A stretch of DNA of 64,000 bases. Source: a bacterium (GTDB lineage: Bacteria > Patescibacteriota > UBA1384 > VFKW01). Positions within the stretch are counted from its first letter, which is position 1; the number at the start of each line of letters is the position of its first letter. The stretch is from NCBI GenBank assembly GCA_030647355.1, contig JAUSIS010000013.1:113117-177116 (forward strand), written 5' to 3'. The notes beneath the pieces are model-generated. The model did not search any database and was not told the origin of the DNA. It was given only the letters and a program-made list of their open reading frames with translations. The translations under genes were made by a program, and so were the position numbers. Shown here one piece after another: positions 58,225 through 64,000 of this stretch.

Positions 58225-58406
58225 ATTACAAGCTATTGTCTGATTGTTTGAAAATTTATTTATTGTAGCATACTGACTGGTCGAGTTGAATTTTAACGGG
58301 TCAATGGATCACTCGAATGAGTCGTTAAAATAAAAAGATTATTTTTAGGATTTCAACTTTATTATGTTTTTCTAATTTTGAAGTTGAAGTTGTGGGAAGT
58401 GATTGC

Positions 58407-58916
58407 TCACTCCCCACGGTTGCAGAGAAGAGCAACGATAGGTAATGGAACGCTAATTCCTTCTTCTCGACATAGAGCCAAAATAGTCGCTGCCCCTTCC
58501 GCGTCATCGGGAGTATGCAATCTATTTTCAGCTAGTTTGTCTTGAAGTGATAGACCGTCGTAACCCATCAGTACCAGCTCATCCTTCGAGTGATAGCAAA
58601 ACTTTTTCCTGATTCCATCCGTATCCATTCTTCCTTTAAGCTGTCGTAGAACTTCCCAAATATCCGTATTTGTGGGATTTTTGACTACGATAACCATCGA
58701 AAGACCAAACGAGATGGCCTTAACTGTCGAAGAGTAAGTTGGCTCCACTACTTTCTCTGGATAAATCATTTGGACGATTTCCGGCCTTATTTGCCAGTAT
58801 TCTTTCCATACTATTTCTAAGCCCCCTTCCTCAAGACATCTGATGATGTCATTTTCCAAACTATCCCTGATAGAGTCAGGTTTAAGAATTACTAGTCCAT
58901 ATTGCATTGCTAGCAC
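58407..58916 (-). CDS. Divergent nucleoside diphosphate kinase-like protein (second NDK-fold paralog)
   Basis: GLVILKPDSIRDSLENDIIRCLEEGGLEIV aligns with the NDK N-terminus (IKPDGV...RFEKKGFKLV). NRLHTPDDAEGA aligns with the catalytic NxxHGSD region, with the catalytic His retained. Confidence 0.5.
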   Translation of the reverse strand: MLAMQYGLVILKPDSIRDSLENDIIRCLEEGGLEIVWKEYWQIRPEIVQMIYPEKVVEPTYSSTVKAISFGLSMVIVVKNPTNTDIWEVLRQLKGRMDTDGIRKKFCYHSKDELVLMGYDGLSLQDKLAENRLHTPDDAEGAATILALCREEGISVPLPIVALLCNRGE

Positions 58917-59223
58917 CCCCCTTATACAAATATGCTAGTTTCTAGCTATAAAATCCCAAGTAAAACATATACTTATTTAGGTTTTTGTCAAGTCTCACAA
59001 GGAGGATAATTCTAAACAGGGACGAGATCGTTATCTTTTGCAATTATTATACTGCTACGATAAGTTTCTTCTCTCAAATGATTTTAAGTTGAAAAACTCT
59101 TCAATGTGCATAAAAGCCTTTGCGGACGGTTGTTAATGTTCACTAATCAGGTGAAAACCAGTATTTAGATATTTGTATTTCTTTAGCAAGGCCTGTGATT
59201 TCTTGGTAGTGTTTCATTCTAAA

Positions 59224-59258
59224 CGCATCAGCTAGCCCCCGCGATAACATCAAAGGGC
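59224..59258 (+). terminator. Terminator-like hairpin with the same loop GCGATAACATCAA (copy 2), not preceded by a plus-strand gene
   Basis: AGCCC-CCGCGATAACATCAA-AGGGCT+TCTTTTATT. Upstream GCATCAG also matches the 3' end of the 55307 gene. Confidence 0.45.
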
Positions 59259-59347
59259 TTCTTTTATTACCAATTTTTCTCCTTGTTTTTGATTTTCCCC
59301 TATGTTAATCTTTAATTACTAAATTAGTTCAAAAGAAGTGGGGTAAT

Positions 59348-60385
59348 ATGGCTAAAAGAATTTTCTCGGGAATCCAACCAAGCGGCATCATTCATATTGG
59401 CAACTATCTCGGCGCTATCAAGCAATGGGTTGAACTGCAAAACAATCCGCCAACTGGCGAAGATGAAGCTATCTTTTGCATTGTTGATCTCCATGCCATT
59501 ACCGTCCGCCAAAACCCCGAGCAATTGCGCAAAAACACCTTATCTGCTGCCGCCTGGTACATTGCCTGCGGCATAAACCCGCAAAAATCGGATATCTTTA
59601 TCCAATCCACCCGCCCCGAGCACACCGAACTGGCTTGGATTCTAAGTTGCTACACACAAATCGGCGAACTGGCTCGGATGACTCAGTACAAGGAAAAAAC
59701 TCAAAAATTACAGAACGACTTAGGAGATACAGGGTTTATCGTAAAAGCGGCACCCTCGGCTGGACTTCTTACCTATCCAACCCTTATGGCCGCCGACATT
59801 CTTCTTTACCAAACAACCACTGTCCCTGTTGGTGAAGATCAAGTTCAGCACGTTGAATTAACCCGTGACATAGCCAAACGCTTCAACAACCTATACGGAC
59901 AGACCTTCACTATCCCTGACTACTCTACAAAAATCTCCGGCAAACGCATTATGGCTCTCGACGACCCGTCCAAGAAAATGTCCAAATCCGCCGCCAGCGA
60001 ATATAATTACATGGCTCTATCTGATTCTCCCGAGAAAATCCGTCAAAAGATCCGCAAAGCCGTCACTGATTCTGGCACCCAAGTCAAATACGAAAAAGAC
60101 CAGCCTGCCATTTCTAATCTGTTAAACATCCACTCAGAAATCTCCGGTAAAGAAGTAGCCGAGTTGGAAGATGAATTTTCCAGTAAAAACTATGGGGAAT
60201 TCAAAGAAGCCCTTGCCGATACGATTATCTCTCATCTAGCACCAATTCAATCAAAATATAATAGCTTAATGCAAAGTCCTACCGAATTAGAAAAAATCCT
60301 TAAAGCAGGAAGCGAAAAAGTCGCATCCACCGCTCAGAAAACTCTCTCTGATGTCAAAACCAAAATCGGCTTACTAAACCTGTAA
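59348..60385 (+). CDS. trpS: Tryptophan--tRNA ligase
   Basis: FSGIQPSGIIHIGNYLGA (HIGH-class motif) and KKMSKSAAS (KMSKS). Confidence 0.9.
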   Translation: MAKRIFSGIQPSGIIHIGNYLGAIKQWVELQNNPPTGEDEAIFCIVDLHAITVRQNPEQLRKNTLSAAAWYIACGINPQKSDIFIQSTRPEHTELAWILSCYTQIGELARMTQYKEKTQKLQNDLGDTGFIVKAAPSAGLLTYPTLMAADILLYQTTTVPVGEDQVQHVELTRDIAKRFNNLYGQTFTIPDYSTKISGKRIMALDDPSKKMSKSAASEYNYMALSDSPEKIRQKIRKAVTDSGTQVKYEKDQPAISNLLNIHSEISGKEVAELEDEFSSKNYGEFKEALADTIISHLAPIQSKYNSLMQSPTELEKILKAGSEKVASTAQKTLSDVKTKIGLLNL

Positions 60386-60531
60386 ACAAGCTAAGGTTTG
60401 CAAAATCTCAGATGTCATAAATTCGTAAAGTCATCCAAAATTATAGCCATATTCTTGGCATTTTAGTGATATCCGACAATGCGATCAATAACTCTTTCGA
60501 ATATGCTTGTAATCCATTAAGCGAAAGGAGG

Positions 60532-60693
60532 TATGTGAGAAGAAAACGTCTCAGAAAAATTATTCGCTACCGAGATAAGGCTCTCAAGGAGATCAAGAAA
60601 CTCCAGCAAAAAGTTGATCGCAATTACTCGGAAATCCGAACCACACTATATTCCATCAGGAAACTGCCCCCTCAATACGATACCGACAAGTAA
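60532..60693 (+). CDS. Small basic coiled-coil protein (~53 aa)
   Basis: GTG start 5 nt after a GAAAGGAGG RBS. Followed by hairpin terminator CCGGCACCGCTCCTGCCGG+T-run at 60702-60731. Confidence 0.35.
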   Translation, partial: YVRRKRLRKIIRYRDKALKEIKKLQQKVDRNYSEIRTTLYSIRKLPPQYDTDK

Positions 60694-60767
60694 ATCCCCA
60701 CAAAAACCGGCACCGCTCCTGCCGGTTTTTGTATTCCATCCCCCTTATTTATTTTTCGAGACCAGGA

Positions 60768-60958
60768 TATTGTTTTTGAGAGGTATCTCGCAAACCCGCT
60801 AACCCATCCCTCTTTTTCACATAAATACGATGTGCTTTTTAAAGGCCTCTCGCAGGCAAGGCAAGCTGGGTTCCCGCCAAGGCGGGGTTGCGAGCCGAGA
60901 GTGAGCGGCGATTTTCGCTGGAAAAATCGAACGCGTGCCTTTAAAAAGCACGTCGTAT
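60768..60958 (+). repeat. Copy 2 of the ~190-bp two-copy structured element (core ~60825-60958)
   Basis: Outer inverted repeat ATACGATGTGCTTTTTAAAGGC / GCCTTTAAAAAGCACGTCGTAT (one mismatch) differs from copy 1 but keeps complementarity. Confidence 0.6.
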
Positions 60959-60974
60959 TTCAACCTTTACTCTG

Positions 60975-62378
60975 CTAGTTCAGCGAATCCAAATTAGCCC
61001 CAAAACTCCAATCAATCTCCGGCGCATCCTTCAGAAGTCCCACCACAATTTTCTTCATCTCTTCGTATCTCTCTTGGGTTTTGGCCTCAAACTTCGGTGA
61101 TAGATAAGGGCCGTTCTGAGAATAACGAACGATAAACATCGCATCTGAAAAATCCACTCTTATCCCATCTATATCGCTTATCTTCTCGCCCTTGTATTTT
61201 TCCTTCATCTCTTTAACCATTCGATCAACCACCTCTGCCTTAACCTCGTCAGGGCAACCGATCTTGATTTCCGGACTGGAGATATAAACCGGGAATTCCT
61301 TAATAACCTCGGAAAATGGCTTGTCTCGTCTCGATAAATACTCAAGCAACCTCAAAGCTGCATAAAAGCCGTCATCATGCCCGTAAAATTTATCAACAAA
61401 GAAGAAATGACCCGACAATTCTCCGGCAAAAGGCGCTTTTTCCTCAAATAACTTCTCCTTTATCCAAGAATGCCCCGTTAGCCACATGATTGGCTTCCCG
61501 CCATTGGCTCGAATAGTCTCCTCAACTACCTTGGAACACAAGGCATTATAGATAATCTTCTCACCCGGATTGTTCTCCAGAACATCGGCTGCAAAAATCG
61601 CCACCAGCATATCATTCCAAATAACCGCACCCTTGTCATCAACCACACCCAACCTGTCGCCATCTGCATCAAAAGTTAAGCCGATATCGGCCTTCTCTTC
61701 CAAAACTGCCTTAGCCAATCTTTCTGCCAAATGTCTTTCCGTTGGGTCAGGCGTTCCATTGGGAAAGCTGCCGTCAATCTCGGAATTGCGTACTACTAGC
61801 TCTGCCCCTATTTTCTCCATTAATCTCGGCAAAAATTTAGCCGCCGTAGCATTGTTGAAATCCGCCAAAATACGAAATTTCTTATCAATCTTGATCTTCT
61901 CTAATAGTTTAGCAAAATACGCCTCTGTTATATCTTCTTTCTTAACCGTTCCTTTCCCTGTGGCAAATTCACCTTCCTCTGCCAATTTCCTAACCTCCTG
62001 AATCTGATCAGTTACCATTGTCTGCGAAAAATCCGCCCCCAGCTTGAAACCATTGTATTCTGCCGGATTGTGCGAAGCCGACACCATTACCGCCCCTTTG
62101 GTATTGAAATGATATTGGCCGTAATAAACAATCTGTACCAGAGACATACCTAAATCAAACACATCTATCCCTGTACTGGTTAAACCCCGAATAATCGCCT
62201 CCCGATAATCATCGCTAGTCAATCTGCAATCCGATCCCACAACAGCTGTTTTTATCCCATTTTTGACTAGCCAAGTGCCATAAGCTTTACCGATAATTTC
62301 CACACTCTCCACATTCAAATCCTTATCAACTACACCTCGAATATCGTATCCACGAAAAATATATGGGTTTATCGTCAT
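60975..62378 (-). CDS. Phosphoglucomutase/phosphomannomutase (alpha-D-phosphohexomutase) family
   Basis: Active-site loop GAVMVSASHNPAEYNGFKL, the metal-binding FDADGDR motif, and a sugar-binding GELSGH motif. Confidence 0.8.
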   Translation of the reverse strand: MTINPYIFRGYDIRGVVDKDLNVESVEIIGKAYGTWLVKNGIKTAVVGSDCRLTSDDYREAIIRGLTSTGIDVFDLGMSLVQIVYYGQYHFNTKGAVMVSASHNPAEYNGFKLGADFSQTMVTDQIQEVRKLAEEGEFATGKGTVKKEDITEAYFAKLLEKIKIDKKFRILADFNNATAAKFLPRLMEKIGAELVVRNSEIDGSFPNGTPDPTERHLAERLAKAVLEEKADIGLTFDADGDRLGVVDDKGAVIWNDMLVAIFAADVLENNPGEKIIYNALCSKVVEETIRANGGKPIMWLTGHSWIKEKLFEEKAPFAGELSGHFFFVDKFYGHDDGFYAALRLLEYLSRRDKPFSEVIKEFPVYISSPEIKIGCPDEVKAEVVDRMVKEMKEKYKGEKISDIDGIRVDFSDAMFIVRYSQNGPYLSPKFEAKTQERYEEMKKIVVGLLKDAPEIDWSFGANLDSLN

Positions 62379-62585
62379 TATTTACTCCTCGTAATTTATA
62401 TTACTCCTCGTGTTACTATTTTATACCTTTGATAAGTCCCTAGCAATCCCTAAATTATCAATATTAAGTATGGAGCGCTATTTTCTCGCTGGGAAAATAG
62501 ATAGCGTGTTTTCGAAATACAAGATGCCCTAATGACTATCCGTCGATAATAAAATATGTTAAAATATGGCCAAACGGAGAACAAA

Positions 62586-63464
62586 ATGACTAAAAAGAAA
62601 AAAATATTATTCATATCTCTCCCTGTGCTAGCTATCGCCATTCTTGCAACGATCGCCTTTCTCATCTGGCCGCCTAAAACCGCCGTGGCACCTCAAGAGC
62701 CCGACAAAACATCCGAGACACCAACTGAATCTAATAATAATTCTTCCGAAGAGCCGCAACCCACACCAACTCCTGCGCCTACTCCTACGCCAACTCCCGC
62801 GCCTACTCCTACGCCAGCTCCCACACCTACACCAACCCCAACTCGCCCCACCATATTACCTCTTAACAAAGAAATCTCGATTGGCAAAACCACCGGCAAG
62901 CGCATTGCTCTCACTTTCGATGCCGGTTCGGGCGCCGTCCAAACCCCTCAAATCCTGGATATTCTGAAACAAAATAACCTCCATGCCTCGTTTGCCCTTA
63001 CCGGCAAATGGATTGAGAAAAATCCTACTCTTGTCAAACGCATGATTGCAGATGGCCATACTTTCATCAATCACACTTATTCCCACCCCTATCTGACACA
63101 AATCTCCGATGACCAGATTAAAGAAGAGTTTGCCAAAACCGAAGCCCTTCTCAAAGCTCTCGATTCAACAGCCGTCATGAAACCATATTTTCGCCCTCCC
63201 TACGGCAATCGCAACCAGCACGTTTGGGATTATGCCGCCTCTTTGGGCTATCAGTCAATCTACTGGACAGTTGACGCTCTCGATTGGAAAACCGGCACCA
63301 CCGCCGACACAGTCAAACAACGCATCTATGCCAATGAAAAACCAGGTGCCATCATCCTAATGCATGTCGGCGACGATCTCACCCCGCAAGTTTTACAAGA
63401 AGTCATAACCAAACTCCAATCAGATGGTTACTCCCTTGGCACTCTCGAATCCGTCCTCCAATAA
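62586..63464 (+). CDS. Polysaccharide deacetylase (NodB/CE4) with N-terminal TM anchor and (TPxP)n linker
   Basis: LTFDAG (TFDDG-like) motif, HTFINHTYSHP (HxxxxH) and MHVGDD motifs. The TPTPAPTPTPTPAP linker is a tandem repeat at the DNA level. Confidence 0.75.
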   Translation: MTKKKKILFISLPVLAIAILATIAFLIWPPKTAVAPQEPDKTSETPTESNNNSSEEPQPTPTPAPTPTPTPAPTPTPAPTPTPTPTRPTILPLNKEISIGKTTGKRIALTFDAGSGAVQTPQILDILKQNNLHASFALTGKWIEKNPTLVKRMIADGHTFINHTYSHPYLTQISDDQIKEEFAKTEALLKALDSTAVMKPYFRPPYGNRNQHVWDYAASLGYQSIYWTVDALDWKTGTTADTVKQRIYANEKPGAIILMHVGDDLTPQVLQEVITKLQSDGYSLGTLESVLQ

Positions 63465-63561
63465 CTCTCAAGTAGTTTACATAACCACCCTATCGTGCTA
63501 TACTTTAGCCAGTAAAAGCGTGCATTCTTCATTCACAATTTCATCACACGGAGGGACCGCA

Positions 63562-63897
63562 ATGTTGCACTATGTCATCGGTTTCGTTGCATTAATCTCC
63601 CTCGTAGTCTGCTCTGCCAGCTCGGTCCTCCTCTATCACCCTCTAGTCAGTATTAGCCGACGATGGGTAAGATTGTCAGCAGTCATCTCTGCCGCCGTCT
63701 ACTGGATCACAGGCACTATGGCCCTCACCCCCTTCTTAACCTCTCTCAAGTTTCCGGGCTATGGTCCAGTTGCAGCCAGTGCCATAATAGCACTCGTCGG
63801 AGGGATAGCCGCCTGTACAATCGCCGAAGGCGTATTCAATAACTCAGGCAACCTTCGGTTACGACAGAAGCTCGCCGATCAAAACCGGCGCTACTAG
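63562..63897 (+). CDS. Small multi-TM membrane protein (GC-rich cassette)
   Basis: Start at MLHYVIGF after a GGAGGGA RBS. TTTACA-N17-TATACT promoter at 63476-63504. Terminator at 63914-63949. Confidence 0.4.
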   Translation: MLHYVIGFVALISLVVCSASSVLLYHPLVSISRRWVRLSAVISAAVYWITGTMALTPFLTSLKFPGYGPVAASAIIALVGGIAACTIAEGVFNNSGNLRLRQKLADQNRRY

Positions 63898-63913
63898 CCC
63901 CACCCCCTTCCTC

Positions 63914-63949
63914 GCCCAGCTCTTACCTAAAAAGAGCTGGGCTCTTTTC
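63914..63949 (+). terminator. Intrinsic terminator (GCCCAGCTCTT-ACCTAAA-AAGAGCTGGGC+TCTTTTCAT)
   Basis: Preceded by AGCCCCACCCCCTTCC. Same family. Confidence 0.6.
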
Positions 63950-64000
63950 ATTAAACATATCTTCCATTGCCTCCTAAAAAACGTCCGCTTGACAAAAAAA

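Overview
This 64-kb window comes from a low-GC, reduced-genome bacterium. The gene content, a type IV pilus (T4P) locus with a giant pilus-associated protein, TrmB regulators and heavy reliance on salvage enzymes are reminiscent of Patescibacteria/CPR (Saccharibacteria-like); that placement is inference only.

The native backbone is visibly AT-rich, roughly 40% GC by eye. It carries a dnaE C-terminal fragment, a bPH membrane protein, a GT4 MraY/WecA-type transferase, ndk, an M16 peptidase, DedA, two tandem PAP2 phosphatases, a XerD-like recombinase, pgeF/yfiH, an ABC-2 transporter, two TrmB-family regulators, a HAD hydrolase, ychF, the rpsF-ssb-rpsR operon, efp, a T4P locus (pilC, four prepilins and a 1796-aa PilX-N/Kelch-repeat giant protein), parA with a small overlapping partner, groES-groEL, trpS, a phosphohexomutase and a CE4 deacetylase.

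Many visibly GC-richer gene cassettes (roughly 50-58% by eye) are interspersed through this backbone, most of them monocistronic. Almost every cassette has its own near-consensus sigma70 promoter (TTGACA-N17-TAnAAT) and an intrinsic terminator from a related family that ends in TTTTTCATACC. These cassettes encode an orphan FabD-type acyltransferase, an orphan PurD, a B12-binding radical SAM enzyme with a secreted partner, an extended Dcd/dUTPase-family protein, Zn-ribbon mini-proteins, a tandem paralogous pair and several other hypotheticals.

A separate, very AT-rich HIT-Nudix-P-loop kinase operon plus a divergent second NDK is flanked by a duplicated terminator carrying a conserved loop. A 1.36-kb AT-rich non-coding tract sits between parA and groEL.

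Several repeat and structured-RNA candidates are present. The strongest is a two-copy element of about 190 bp whose closing stem differs between copies while pairing is preserved. There is also a REP-like hairpin family, GTAAGNA heptamer repeats in two 5' leaders, and long leaders upstream of rpsF and of the rSAM operon. No tRNA, rRNA or CRISPR array is evident by eye.
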